From the IMG/VR virus record IMGVR_UViG_3300037088_000381: a stretch of 64,000 bases of DNA; one strand, written 5' to 3'. Origin of the DNA: an uncultured virus (IMG/VR IMGVR_UViG_3300037088_000381) (taxonomy: Duplodnaviria; Heunggongvirae; Uroviricota; Caudoviricetes). The translations under genes were made by a program, and so were the position numbers. Below the pieces are notes generated by a model. It did not search any database, was not told the origin of the DNA, and saw nothing but the letters and a program-made list of their open reading frames with translations. Shown in pieces: positions 49,896-61,153 of this stretch (position 1 is the first letter of the stretch; every line of letters starts with the position of its first letter).

Positions 49896-49970
49896 CTGCT
49901 TTTACCAAGAATGAAAAGAAACTTTATTATTCCCTAAAGCTATAGGGCTAATCATTAACAAGGAGTCAAT

Positions 49971-50735
49971 ATGATTTCTAATGTGGTACGTATCAGTGTA
50001 ACGAATAATTTTAACTGCACCGATAAAGAGTGGAAACAGGTTGACACTTTTGCTAAAGCAAATCCATACAAATACTTTTTCATTAACAGTAACATCCGAA
50101 CTCCGAAACTCGCAACCGTAACCAAGCATCCCTATAAGGTTGTGGTCACAGCGAATCCCGACCTACTCATGACCCAAGCCCAATTCAAAAAAGTAATAGA
50201 CAAGATTGACCTTATCAAATCCAAACTTGCCTTCGTCCGTGTAAAGTATATCCCGAACGATAAACAAATCTTCACCCTGATCGGGGCCTTGCTTAAAAGA
50301 AACATCCCCGTGATCTTGACCCTGCAACGATTCAATGGTAAGGCTTCTCTCCTTAAGTATACCGACTTATCTTTCTACAAGTTCTCTTGTAGCCGTTACC
50401 GTTTGAACGGACAAGAGCTCGAGCATATCCTGAAAGTTGTTGACGACTTCAACAAACTTGGATTCAAGATATGGGTCTGCGATCGTAAGGGCGAAGGTTG
50501 TGAGGGTTGCGGCTTATGTAGCAAGCTCACGATAGGTAAAGATTTAAAAATATCTTCCTTGAACCTTTCGACCTCTGGCATCTGCCCATACAATTGCGTG
50601 GATTGTTATGCCAAGACTATGCAAAGATTCTCTAAGGCCATGGGAAACAAACCCATCATCTACGATACGATTCGGCAGAATGAAAAACAGGCCGGCCGAC
50701 TTGAACATATCAAAGCACATCGAAAGGCTGCATAA
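49971..50735 (+). CDS. Putative Fe-S/radical-SAM-related protein
   Basis: CEGCGLC plus C-terminal CPYNCVDCYA (CxxxCxxC). Confidence 0.45.
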   Translation: MISNVVRISVTNNFNCTDKEWKQVDTFAKANPYKYFFINSNIRTPKLATVTKHPYKVVVTANPDLLMTQAQFKKVIDKIDLIKSKLAFVRVKYIPNDKQIFTLIGALLKRNIPVILTLQRFNGKASLLKYTDLSFYKFSCSRYRLNGQELEHILKVVDDFNKLGFKIWVCDRKGEGCEGCGLCSKLTIGKDLKISSLNLSTSGICPYNCVDCYAKTMQRFSKAMGNKPIIYDTIRQNEKQAGRLEHIKAHRKAA

Positions 50736-51462
50736 TGAAAAGGCATGAACTCAAAAGCAATGAAAAAAAAGAATACCCAGTGATTCGATACAAACTACCG
50801 TTTATGCTACAAACATTTCTACATTTAACTTCAGGAGAGTGTGTCCCTCCTGATAAAAAGAATAAGAAAGAATACAAGAAGTTTTTTCTAACATATATTC
50901 GGTGGTCCTTGCAATATTATCTTGATGCTGGTGATGACGAACTTATAAGTGGAATGGGAATGCCTCAAATAGATGAGATTACGGATTGGGGGTCTGAATG
51001 AAAAGACATGAGTTCTCCGCTTTAAGAAAAGCTTTGAAGCTCCCAGGCATGCAGTCACACATTACTCGTAAGGCTGCATCCTGGAGAGTAGTGTCTGGGG
51101 GTTTTTGGCTGGAATGTACGCTGATTATCGTTTCAAGGGTAGCGCACTAAAGAAGAATGAAGATCAAACATATAAACCTACTAACGAGACCAAGTATTCC
51201 TGGGCCAGCCATAGAGTGGCCCAGGAACTTCACTCAGAGTTAATGAAGCTACCCTTGTCCCAGTTACTTGCAATTAAAGAGCATGGAATTAAAGACCTGG
51301 CTGAGTATGCTGAAAATATAAATGAATATATGGGACAAATTAGCAAAAGAAAGTCGGCAGCGGATTAACCTCCTCATGAAATAAGAGGGTGACTTTAGAT
51401 TAACTCAACTATTATTTTTCAAGAGGAAATATCTGTATCCAAATATACACGGAGTAAAATAA

Positions 51463-53153
51463 ATGAATTCAAGAATTGACGATCTGGTTAACAAGGCCTT
51501 ATCAGACCTTGATCGGTTCTACTCTAACTACGGAGAGTACAAACCGAAGTCTTCCCCTAAGTTAGATAAGCCAGAAAAAGTGGCACATAAAAAAGCCTGC
51601 TTCTGCCAATTCCCTGGATGCTATAAAAAAACCGAACCTAAAAAAACTTTCTGCTCCCAACACATTCTCGAAAACAAATTCAATAAGCAGGAAGCCATAA
51701 AGAGTACACCAAAGATAATATACAGACCAGCAATCTTACCCGACTCCGAACCACCTCAACCAGTTCCTCCTCCCCCTAAAGAATTATCAATTAATATCAA
51801 AGGCTTAAGCTCACGTAAGATCATCGATCTCGTAAAGAAAGAAACAGGTGAACTCATTACCATCTGTGTTAAAAGTAAAAAGAATGTTATTCGACATGCC
51901 AAGATAATCCTGCAGAAGAAGGGATACACCTTACATGAGTAAAAACAAGATCGTAATTAAAGATGAAAAGGTAATCGGCCTACGTGGACCCCTGGCCGAT
52001 ATGTGTATCATAGTAAAAGATAAACAAGACGTCGAGTGGTTCTCCAAAATGAATCCTGACCAATTCAAAATGCAGAAGGATGATTACGGAGTCCAAGTCT
52101 ACGACCATGAAGGTAAACCAGCAAAGAAGTATCTCAAAGGCTTCTTAAAGTATGTCTCCGAGTTCACTCTCAAGCTTAACGACCAAGAGATACCAGTTAC
52201 CACAGTAAAGAAAATAACTCTACCAAAAGTATCTTCCTCTTTCTTCCCAGATGATATCCCTGATGAAGAAGAGATTGTAGATCTTATCCCCGAACCAATC
52301 GAAGTCAATGCCGATGATGAGTCACCAGACGAGCCCGAGATTGCAGGAGACGTTAACGCTCCCGATGATCCCGAACTTCCTGAACCTAAAATTGATGAGG
52401 AATCTCAACACTACCATGCCTAAGTTGAAACACAGAGTGTGAGTTGAAATATTAATCTTTTAAGGAGTGTGTATACCATGGCCAGTACAGTAACAAACTT
52501 CTGGATACAGCCCGACCCTAAGAACTTACCCCTTACAACTAAAGAAGTTTCCTTCGGATACACCGACAGCAAAGGAAACAAAAAAGAATATAAAGTTACC
52601 CGTAAAAATAAATTGTATGCCTTTCATGCTTTCATTCATGGTATAATGATAGCTAAGAAAAAGAATCTTCTCCCCTGGACAATGAGTGCTATAAGAGCAG
52701 TTAAGGATGAAGTGACTATAGTAAACCTTAAAGATGATGCAGTCCAAATGGAAATGGATCTTCAAGTAACAGCTCACAGCGTTATTGAAAGATTCCAAGA
52801 GAAGCTTCCCTGGGAACAATAGAGAGGAGACTCGTATGGGAGTCCAAGGCCGAGACCTAGGTCATCACGAATATAGATTCTACACTGGCCCAGATTACCT
52901 AGGCAAGAGTAAGTACATAGGTAAGTCTCCCTGTAGGAAGTCTATAAAGAAGTTAACTCCTAAAGCAGTTCTTGATCGAGCTGAATTATGCCAGGCTTAT
53001 TACTGGAAGAAATGTATCCTGGTAGATGGCCAAGATCACATACTGGATAGGATGTCGTTCAATAAAGCACACACTGGTTACTTTAGAAGTATAATAAACC
53101 AGATAACAATAAGCCCTAAGAATATTCTTGGGCCAAGAGAGATAGAGTGTTAG
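51463..53153 (+). other. Hypothetical CDSs (51463, 51935 with acidic tail, 52469, ~52816)
   Basis: Contiguous ORFs with RBS. Confidence 0.6.
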
Positions 53154-54049
53154 TCGAGAACCTTAGGGCCTACTTGAATCTTTGAAAGTTCTTTAACGTT
53201 TTTCTTCGACTCAGATAATTCTTGTTCAGGCTTTCGCATAACATCTTTAAAGTCTCGAATGGTTTGATTCATAGGACGAGGATCGAAATGAGTAGCCTGA
53301 TTAAAGAAGGCTTGTAAAGGTTCGAGTATAGTTAATTGAAATGGTTCCCTGTTGGATGGAGCATAACCTTTAACAATCTCTTTAAGTTTTTTATATGTAG
53401 CCTTTATATCTTCAGGCTTTAAATTAGACTTGTCCAGTATCTCTCTAACTATTATAGACTTAAGGTGGCTGCTACTTGGTAGTACACCCTGTGCTTTATT
53501 AAGGTACTCTTTTAGATTACTCACACTCAACAATGCTACAACGTCTCTAAGGTGAGAGGCTAATGAAACTCTCATCACTGGCTTACTCATAATATCCTCG
53601 AATTCTTTTTTGGTCGTTTCAAAATCCTTATGAAGAATACCTATACCACCCATCTTCTTCCAAGGGTCTAGGTTCTTTAGCATATCATCTATTAAGATAG
53701 AGTCTCTCTCTGCATAGTAAAACTTATCATCCTCAAAGAAGACAGGAGTACCAGGCAGGTTCTTATCGATCCATTGTATCTTACCACTCTGAGCATAGGG
53801 AAACTTACCCGGGGAACTTAATAGGGTAGGCTTGTAAGGCTTGAAGTATTCCCATAGGGCTTCCCCATCGGGCATCCACTGCATGTCCGCCCAGAAGGGT
53901 TCCCCTGCTTTGTTCATGGCATCCCACATTACTTGTTTCTGTTCGTGGGTAGCATTCTCTGCGAGACCCTGCTCGGCGTCTGGGCCTAAAGCTTTAACAG
54001 CTCCACAGAAATCTGTGATAACGGAATCCATATCAATGTATAATTTCAT
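53150..54049 (-). CDS. HAD-family 5'(3')-deoxyribonucleotidase-like protein with C-terminal extension
   Basis: LYIDMDSVITDF; LSSP; K..W; ILIDD...N...W...GG.GI.H. Confidence 0.85.
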   Translation of the reverse strand: MKLYIDMDSVITDFCGAVKALGPDAEQGLAENATHEQKQVMWDAMNKAGEPFWADMQWMPDGEALWEYFKPYKPTLLSSPGKFPYAQSGKIQWIDKNLPGTPVFFEDDKFYYAERDSILIDDMLKNLDPWKKMGGIGILHKDFETTKKEFEDIMSKPVMRVSLASHLRDVVALLSVSNLKEYLNKAQGVLPSSSHLKSIIVREILDKSNLKPEDIKATYKKLKEIVKGYAPSNREPFQLTILEPLQAFFNQATHFDPRPMNQTIRDFKDVMRKPEQELSESKKNVKELSKIQVGPKVLD

Positions 54050-54112
54050 ATGTACCCTACTTAAATTAAAAGATAATTATCAAAACACGAACAAGCTTAC
54101 TACGGAGCATAC

Positions 54113-54994
54113 ATGAAAAACCCTGTTGGAAGAAAGCCCCTTTTTATTAAGCAGAGAAAAAATGATTGCGGAATATGGAAAAATGATGAAATAGGAACAC
54201 ATGATTTAATTCCAAAAGAATTTAAACAAAAGGAAAAAGGACAAAATCCTATCTCAATTTTATTTAATAGTTGTTATTTCTGCGGTCGAATAGGAGAAAC
54301 CCCAACACACTACCATCGTTTTGATACTGGCACAAGATGGGAAATAATGGAGAAATTCAATATAACCGAAAGGGACTTAGACCTGCATGAAGAAAAGGGA
54401 CTATATGAAAATAACATTTTTCACACAGAAGGACCAGTTCCTTTATTAATTAAAGGATATGGGATAAAATTCAGAGAAAAATTCTGGATTTATCAATTAT
54501 GCCCCGAGTGCCAACCTTTATTAAAACTTCCACATTATGAATCTATTATAGAGGAGACAAATATGAACACAGTATTACTATTGACTGGTCGAGCTATGAA
54601 AACTGGAAACGAAACCCGTAAAAGTTGCTATTTTTGTGGTCGGCATGAAGGCACAGACTCTGTAAACTTACTTGCAAACTCAGATGGAAGTTACCAAATA
54701 CTACAGGCTGAGTTATACCTTAAAGAAGTTATAAGAGCAGTTAGTGAAACTGGTACCTATAAATATTTTCTATGCCCCGAATGTGAAGTTTTATTAGGTC
54801 TTTCACCCAGAATTGTTTTAACCGAAGATGGTGGGCATGTTAATGGTGAATCCTTTTTTGAAGCCTTTAACAAATACACTGACATAAACAATGCTTTCAA
54901 GGATGCTGATTTTGTTAAAAAAGCAGCAGCACTCATCAATAGTATAGGAGCAGAGGAATTTTTAAATCAGCTAATAAGTAATTTAAAACCATGA
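54113..54994 (+). CDS. Protein with two SCYFCGR...LCPEC Zn-finger modules (possibly two genes fused; internal RBS near 54551)
   Basis: Internal duplication visible in the translation. Confidence 0.6.
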   Translation: MKNPVGRKPLFIKQRKNDCGIWKNDEIGTHDLIPKEFKQKEKGQNPISILFNSCYFCGRIGETPTHYHRFDTGTRWEIMEKFNITERDLDLHEEKGLYENNIFHTEGPVPLLIKGYGIKFREKFWIYQLCPECQPLLKLPHYESIIEETNMNTVLLLTGRAMKTGNETRKSCYFCGRHEGTDSVNLLANSDGSYQILQAELYLKEVIRAVSETGTYKYFLCPECEVLLGLSPRIVLTEDGGHVNGESFFEAFNKYTDINNAFKDADFVKKAAALINSIGAEEFLNQLISNLKP

Positions 54995-55392
54995 AAATAT
55001 TACTCACCCACCCAAACTTAATAGGCATTGTAGATAGGGTGCAGGAAAAATGCTCTGCCCCTATCATCGGAAGTTCAAACTACCAGGAGGTGCTTAATAA
55101 AATTGCACAAGGTGAAGTAGAAAAACTCGGCATTGTATTTGAAGTTACAGGCATCGATTCTTTAGAATTGATTAAAAAAGTATATGCCCTCGATCCCACA
55201 CTCCCTATCCTGGCCTGGGACTGTGTGGGATTGCACTTCGATGAGCTCGGAGATTACCAGGAATTACTTGAAGATCACATATTCTATATCAATAGCAAGG
55301 ACCTAAAAGGCGACCCATTCTTTGAAATGTTCGACAAGTTCTATTGTGGAACCCTGATACCATTCAACTTTTTAGAACTGGAGAAAACATGA
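54991..55392 (+). CDS. Degenerate receiver-domain-like protein
   Basis: MKILL...; G.D..ELIKK....DP.LPIL pattern; the phospho-acceptor Asp is not evident. Confidence 0.4.
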   Translation: MKILLTHPNLIGIVDRVQEKCSAPIIGSSNYQEVLNKIAQGEVEKLGIVFEVTGIDSLELIKKVYALDPTLPILAWDCVGLHFDELGDYQELLEDHIFYINSKDLKGDPFFEMFDKFYCGTLIPFNFLELEKT

Positions 55393-55738
55393 TTCTTAAA
55401 ATATACAATTTAGGGAAAATATGTAACTTAAACTTTCTCGAACTAAATGCCGCCATAGTAAATAACGATAAGGTTATATTCACAGACAATGAGGCTCTTC
55501 ATACTGTCCATTATCTTAACGACCTTGTTTGTGGAGAAATAACAGCAAAACAAATAATAGAGAGTGAGCCCGTTAGCAGTACAGATAATTTAGGAGAGTG
55601 GGTAAGAACTTCTGGAGGCCGAATTGAACATAATTATGAGCTTCTATTAAAGAGCATTCAAGAGATAGGACTGGACCCTAAGGATTTCCCAAGATAACCG
55701 ACCTGGTGCGCTTTCAAGAAGAGGCGTGGTCGGTGTTG

Positions 55739-56242
55739 TTAGATAATCCCATGCTGTTGCATGTTCTTTAATTCTTCAGGAGTTACATGAGGTCTCTTTG
55801 AATCTCCCGCAGGTATCTTATAGGTAAGTTCATTCAAGAATTCTAATGCCATATGGGCTTTATGCTTAGCTGCATCAGGGTCCATACCCTTAAACTTAAT
55901 GTTCCACTCAGGAGATCTTTCAATTCCCTTAGCAAGAAACTGCATACCTGGGTCACCAACTTTTCCTGTAGTCTTTATTAACTGCTCTACACGGTCTAAA
56001 ATCTCTCCCATTGTCTTTAGCCCACTAAAGTTATAGCCAAAGAAATTGGTCGAAAGATGATGGCTTGTATGCAGCATAAGAGGCTCATCCTGTATCGATA
56101 TGAAGTATCCCTTATCTAACATTTTTTCCAGATGAGTTATCATCTGCTTAAGCTCTTCCTTGGTAAGTGTAGCACCAAGAATGATAGCAGCCATACGCTT
56201 TAAATAAGTATTAACCAAATTAAGCATAAAAATTCCTCTCAA
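55739..56242 (-). CDS. Hypothetical protein
   Basis: 167-aa minus-strand ORF with GAGG RBS. Confidence 0.65.
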   Translation of the reverse strand: MRGIFMLNLVNTYLKRMAAIILGATLTKEELKQMITHLEKMLDKGYFISIQDEPLMLHTSHHLSTNFFGYNFSGLKTMGEILDRVEQLIKTTGKVGDPGMQFLAKGIERSPEWNIKFKGMDPDAAKHKAHMALEFLNELTYKIPAGDSKRPHVTPEELKNMQQHGII

Positions 56243-56316
56243 GAAAAGTTATCTCACCAATAAATTATTAAAACATTATTAAGCCAGATAAGTATAATAC
56301 AACGGAGGTATACATT

Positions 56317-57522
56317 ATGAACGATAAAATTGGACTCCTTCAAAAGAAACTTGCTATCCTGCAAGATATGAATCGAGTCACTTTGGTTGCAAAAGATATG
56401 AAAAAGTATACGTTCCCAAGTGTAGACCTTCTCAAAGATTATCCCGAAAATACTTCTGGAAATCAAATGGATCCAAAAATCATCGAAGAAAAAATTCGTG
56501 AGTTCGGCCTCGATGCCGAAGTGGTTAATGTACGTAAAGGCCCCATGATCACCCGATACGAGTTAAAGCTTCTCAAGGGAACCAAACTTTCCAATGTCCG
56601 TTCCTTATCCGAAGACCTGGCAGTAGCTCTTATGTCAGGGAGCATCCGTATCCTGGCCCCGATCCCTGGGACCAGCCTGGTAGGTATCGAAGTTGCCAAT
56701 GAAAAGCTTTCAACCATCGGACTTAAAACCGTTTTATCTGCAATCAAGAATGAAAAGATTCCAATAACGATAGGTGTAGACAGCGTTGGTATACCTAAAG
56801 TTATCGACTTGGCAAAAATGCCCCACCTATTAATTGCCGGTCAAACTGGTTCAGGTAAATCTGTATGCCTTAACAGTATCATTCTTTCTATCCTTTATTC
56901 AAAGACTCCTGAAGAATGCGAACTAATACTCGTCGATCCTAAACGTGTTGAAATGGCTTCCTATAAAAGCATCCCCCATCTCCGATGCCCAGTCGTGACC
57001 GAGACCTCGGATGCTATTGAAGTATTTACTTCTTTAATAGAAGAAATGGAACACCGATACGAACTCCTGGCCAATGCCAATGTCAGGAACATCGAAAGCT
57101 TTAACGAAACAACCTCAGCCAAATTACCTTACATCGTAATGTTGGTTGATGAAATGTCCGACCTCCTTACTTCAAATAAAGAAATGACAAAGCAACTTGA
57201 AGAAATGATCGTTCGCCTGGCCCAGAAGTCTCGGGCAGCAGGTATCCATCTTGTATTGGCAACTCAGCGTCCAGTTAAGGAAGTTGTTACTGGCCTGATC
57301 AAAGCCAATATGCCTTCAAGGATCGCCTTCCAAGTAGCGTCTCAGATTGATTCCCGAGTGATTCTGGATCGTAATGGAGCTGAGAAACTTATCGGTCGTG
57401 GCGATATGCTTATGACTTATCCTGGCGCCTCAGACCCTGAACGGTTCCACGGGGCTTGGGTAAGCGATGCTGAAATTACTAAAGTTGTTGAATCTTTTCT
57501 TCCTTATAAAATTGTGAGGTAA
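56317..57522 (+). CDS. ftsK: FtsK/SpoIIIE DNA translocase, motor domains only
   Basis: GP..TRYEL, MPHLLIAGQTGSGKS, VDPK.VE, VDEM.DL, RLAQKSRAAGIHLVLATQRP, GAEKL.G.GDML. Confidence 0.92.
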   Translation: MNDKIGLLQKKLAILQDMNRVTLVAKDMKKYTFPSVDLLKDYPENTSGNQMDPKIIEEKIREFGLDAEVVNVRKGPMITRYELKLLKGTKLSNVRSLSEDLAVALMSGSIRILAPIPGTSLVGIEVANEKLSTIGLKTVLSAIKNEKIPITIGVDSVGIPKVIDLAKMPHLLIAGQTGSGKSVCLNSIILSILYSKTPEECELILVDPKRVEMASYKSIPHLRCPVVTETSDAIEVFTSLIEEMEHRYELLANANVRNIESFNETTSAKLPYIVMLVDEMSDLLTSNKEMTKQLEEMIVRLAQKSRAAGIHLVLATQRPVKEVVTGLIKANMPSRIAFQVASQIDSRVILDRNGAEKLIGRGDMLMTYPGASDPERFHGAWVSDAEITKVVESFLPYKIVR

Positions 57523-57525
57523 TCT

Positions 57526-58026
57526 ATGAAAATCGTAACAAAAAATATGACGCCAGATGTTATTCAAGGTCTTATCGTGTGCTACGGATCAGTACCCAAA
57601 ACGGCCAAGGTATTAAACATTACCTCTTCAGCACTGTATGAACGTATGCATCGAGTAGGGCTCAAGCCAGCAGGATACAGATTACTCCCAGGAGAACCAG
57701 TAAACTTTCGTGAGAAAGCAGACTGGCTACGAGACCTTTTAAAGACCAAGACCGTAAAAGAAATTGCCAAGGACTTCGGAATCACTCCCTCGGCAGTCCG
57801 TAGCCGTATGATGAGCTACGGTATCAAATTAACACTCGATAAAGATGTACGTGTCGCCATGTTTAAAACCTTACTGAAAAAGTATAAAACAGGCACAGCA
57901 GTGGCCAAGGTCCTGAATGTCTCCACTCAAACCGTTTATGAAAGAATCAAACTCTACGGTCTTGAAGGGCTCCTTCAACAAAAGGCGGTCACACATGAAC
58001 CGAGAACTGCTGAATGTAAAGTTTGA
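57526..58026 (+). CDS. Protein with three tandem HTH motifs
   Basis: TAKVLNITSSALYERM; IAKDFGITPSAVRSRM; VAKVLNVSTQTVYERI. Confidence 0.8.
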   Translation: MKIVTKNMTPDVIQGLIVCYGSVPKTAKVLNITSSALYERMHRVGLKPAGYRLLPGEPVNFREKADWLRDLLKTKTVKEIAKDFGITPSAVRSRMMSYGIKLTLDKDVRVAMFKTLLKKYKTGTAVAKVLNVSTQTVYERIKLYGLEGLLQQKAVTHEPRTAECKV

Positions 58027-58242
58027 TAAGAATATTAAATTAAAGAAATTCAAGAAAGCAGATGCACCCAAACCCTCCCGTAACGATTCAATAACTTACA
58101 AGAAAACAATCAGACTCGTTTATTTCATTGTCTTAGTCATAGCTTCAATCTTACTATTCAAAGGAGGCCTTGAACTCGTATTCACTTTATGTACGGGGCA
58201 ACATTATAGTCTCGAACAAATCTATAAAGAAATGAAATATGA

Positions 58243-59310
58243 TTGGAACCATCAATGAGGAGGCCAACTATGACGTATAGAAACTTTGATCGCCCCGAAA
58301 AATCAAACGGACAGAAGCTTAAAGAAAATTTAATCTTCATGACCGTAGCGTGTATCTTTCTTAATATCATTGATAGAGCAATCGAATTCATAGCCAAGCC
58401 CCTTCGGACCCCAGTAAATGACGATACGGATGATTTTAAAGAAGAAAAGGATGCAGATAAAAGACAAGCACGAATTGAATACTATGCAAGGATCTCCGAT
58501 GATGATACCGATCCCATGTATCAGTTCCAGCTTCGCCACCTTACTGATGTTGAAAAGTTTCGATCTCGATCTGATACCCCTACTAATAAAGCATTAAAGG
58601 ATTGGTATCTATCCTGGAAACGTGGTGAAGTAATCGACAGTGCTTTAAGATGGGCTCCAGATGTATTACTCGAAGATGGTGAATCCTATAACCCTGCATT
58701 CATCCAGTATATGAAGATTCAACTTGATCTCCATAAAAAGACTGCCTCCTTCTTCAAAAGGAAAGTCTTTTCAAACACGATCAATAAATATTATCCTGAA
58801 CTCTCTTCTAACCTGACCAGGCTTGAACGTGACCTTGCTGCCCTGGAATCCTTAGTAGAGGAAGAAAAATTAAAGATCGATCTTAAAGAAGCCATTAAAA
58901 CCTACGGCCTACCCGATGACCTTGCAGATTACCTTATCGAGAATAATGCAGGACCTGCAAAGCTCAAGGCCCAGGCCCAGTCTCTTAAAGAGTTTCACGA
59001 TCGACGTATGCAGTCCGTTACTTGTATCTGTGCTATGGAAAATAAACTTACTATGGACTGTGCTCAGGTCGTAGATAAAGTTGTTACCGAATTCAAACTT
59101 CCTGCAAAGGTTGGATTAGCCTATGCAAATAAAGAGATCACCATTGCCGACATTACAAACTTAGTTGAATCCATGGATTATCTCTGTGGTACTTATGGTG
59201 ATGATATCTACCACATAAGGGAGGGTGAGAACTTCACTATCTATGACGAATTTATCGACGAGTTCCTAAAGGAATATAAAGCTAAAAAACGTCAGCTTAA
59301 ATTCAAATAA
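58243..59310 (+). CDS. Hypothetical protein
   Basis: 355-aa ORF. Confidence 0.7.
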   Translation: MEPSMRRPTMTYRNFDRPEKSNGQKLKENLIFMTVACIFLNIIDRAIEFIAKPLRTPVNDDTDDFKEEKDADKRQARIEYYARISDDDTDPMYQFQLRHLTDVEKFRSRSDTPTNKALKDWYLSWKRGEVIDSALRWAPDVLLEDGESYNPAFIQYMKIQLDLHKKTASFFKRKVFSNTINKYYPELSSNLTRLERDLAALESLVEEEKLKIDLKEAIKTYGLPDDLADYLIENNAGPAKLKAQAQSLKEFHDRRMQSVTCICAMENKLTMDCAQVVDKVVTEFKLPAKVGLAYANKEITIADITNLVESMDYLCGTYGDDIYHIREGENFTIYDEFIDEFLKEYKAKKRQLKFK

Positions 59311-59327
59311 TAAGGAAACTATTCATT

Positions 59328-59795
59328 ATGAACCTTGAAATTGCCAAACACGTAGCGGAACAAACATTGATTCAAGCCCAGGACCTTATGAGGAAGAATA
59401 GTTTCATTGAGCCTATCTTCCTCGTTCTAACTGATGAATCCGTTAACCAGGACTGGCCCCAGATGGAGATCGGGACCTTCGAAGGATTTGAAGTTTTAAT
59501 AGAGAAACACTATAAAACTTCCGAAGCATTAGTAATGATCTTTGCTTCTATCACTCGAGACCACGATGATAACTTTAAAGAACCCGTAGAAGATCTATCT
59601 GAAACCGATGAAGAGAATTATAAATGCCTGTTATGTATCGTGCATACTAAAGAAGATACTGTAGTAATGCAGAGCGTGTATGCAGAAGAAAACGGCAAGT
59701 TTCTTTTTATAAATAATCCATGGGATAAACCTATTGAAGACACCAATGGGAGTGTCTTCTCCAATCCTTATAAAAAATCTTCTGGTAAAGTATAA
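59328..59795 (+). CDS. Hypothetical protein, possible distant paralog of 11742..12260
   Basis: Similar N-terminal pattern (A...L..N..I....F). Confidence 0.6.
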   Translation: MNLEIAKHVAEQTLIQAQDLMRKNSFIEPIFLVLTDESVNQDWPQMEIGTFEGFEVLIEKHYKTSEALVMIFASITRDHDDNFKEPVEDLSETDEENYKCLLCIVHTKEDTVVMQSVYAEENGKFLFINNPWDKPIEDTNGSVFSNPYKKSSGKV

Positions 59796-59802
59796 AAAGA
59801 AC

Positions 59803-59831
59803 TTGACAGCAATAAATAATCGCTGTATATT
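59803..59831 (+). promoter_or_regulatory. Sigma70-type promoter
   Basis: TTGACA-17bp-TATATT. Confidence 0.75.
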
Positions 59832-59861
59832 TAGATACTAACACAATATCGAGGTAATCAA

Positions 59862-60302
59862 ATGAGTCACAACATAGCAATAAAGACAGCAATTAAGGAC
59901 GGGAAATGCCTGGTCCGAGCCTTAGAGAGGCTCGGGTTCAAGGGCCAGGTTGAAGTACATGAATTCCCACAGCATCTGTACGGTTATCAAGGTGATATGC
60001 GAAAAGAAAAAGCCCATGTTATTGTTCGAAGAAAACATGTTGGCTCAAGTTCCAATGACATCGGATTTGAAAACGTAGGCGGATTTTACACAGCCTACAT
60101 AAGTGAATTCGACGAAGGCACTGGAACATATTCTGGTCGGCATGATACTGCCCGATGCAATAAAGTTTGGCAAAATAAACTGCTCGTCCATTACGGAGTC
60201 GAAGTAGCGAAACTCGAATGCGAAAAGAAAAAAATAAGGTATGAAGAATATGTGGATCCGCAAGACGATCAACAACGTATCCAACTTAAAACCTGGTTAT
60301 AA
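59862..60302 (+). CDS. DUF1257 domain protein
   Basis: MSH...IKT.IKD...L..AL..LG; LYGYQGD.R...A....R......SNDIGF. Confidence 0.8.
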   Translation: MSHNIAIKTAIKDGKCLVRALERLGFKGQVEVHEFPQHLYGYQGDMRKEKAHVIVRRKHVGSSSNDIGFENVGGFYTAYISEFDEGTGTYSGRHDTARCNKVWQNKLLVHYGVEVAKLECEKKKIRYEEYVDPQDDQQRIQLKTWL

Positions 60303-60313
60303 AGGAGACTCCA

Positions 60314-60526
60314 ATGGCTGAAATGATACTCATATTCAATTGGGATGGCACAATAACCAAGAAGACTAAAGGTTTCGTTGGAAGCGAATGCGTTTCCAAA
60401 ACAAAGTTTATGGAAGATGCTTTAGGAACCACGGTGGGTGAAAGAAAGAAGACAGCAGAATATTATGAAACAGAAAAATCCAGCGAATCCCAACGAATCG
60501 AAAACCGAGGTAACTCTAACTTTTGA
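60314..60526 (+). CDS. DUF2997 domain protein
   Basis: DG......GF.G..C...T...E.ALG.......TAEYY. Confidence 0.8.
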   Translation: MAEMILIFNWDGTITKKTKGFVGSECVSKTKFMEDALGTTVGERKKTAEYYETEKSSESQRIENRGNSNF

Positions 60527-60947
60527 GGCTGACACAGTGAGTGCCTCTTGGTATCACCCTAAACTAAACCCGATCTTATGTGCTTTATGTGAAAAGGATT
60601 GTAACAATCAACCAAAGCCAGCACCGGGAACATTAACGGTTAACAGGTGTGTTAATATTAACCCCTACTGCGGATAAGGATTAAATATGCTTACTCTACT
60701 GGCCATCGTTGGTTTATGTTACCTCTTCTCAAAGTTATCAAAAGGATTAACCCGTATAGGCAACATACTTGAAGCACTCGGAGATAAGTTAACCAATCAC
60801 GACTATAAAAGGAATTATCCTCATCCCGAGGACCTTGAAGAGCGAAAGAAACATTTTAAGAAGGCTCGAAAAGAAATCATAGATGCAGACTACAACAACC
60901 ATATCGAGAAACAAATCGATGAGCTTACAAAATAAAGAAAGATAAGT

Positions 60948-61142
60948 ATGGAACCGGACGAAGCCTTTGACCGAGTCAAGGCAAAGAACCCCGATCGAGT
61001 CTATCTTATAGAGCTCGTAGAAGATAATGTAGGTTTCTATGAGATAGCTCGACGTTTTGAGGTGTCAACAACATGTGCAAGAGATCACATAGCTAAAGTA
61101 CGTAAGATGGTTAAAAAAGAAATAGAAGACTCCCCTTACTAA
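60948..61142 (+). CDS. Small sigma region-4-like HTH protein
   Basis: GFYEIARRFEVS...RDHIAKVRK. Confidence 0.55.
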   Translation: MEPDEAFDRVKAKNPDRVYLIELVEDNVGFYEIARRFEVSTTCARDHIAKVRKMVKKEIEDSPY

Positions 61143-61153
61143 AGGATGTTCTT

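Noticed and set aside
51548..51557. GTCTTCCCC match to the start of the CRISPR repeat
   Set aside because: Only 9 bp, inside a CDS, with no hairpin or handle; consistent with chance
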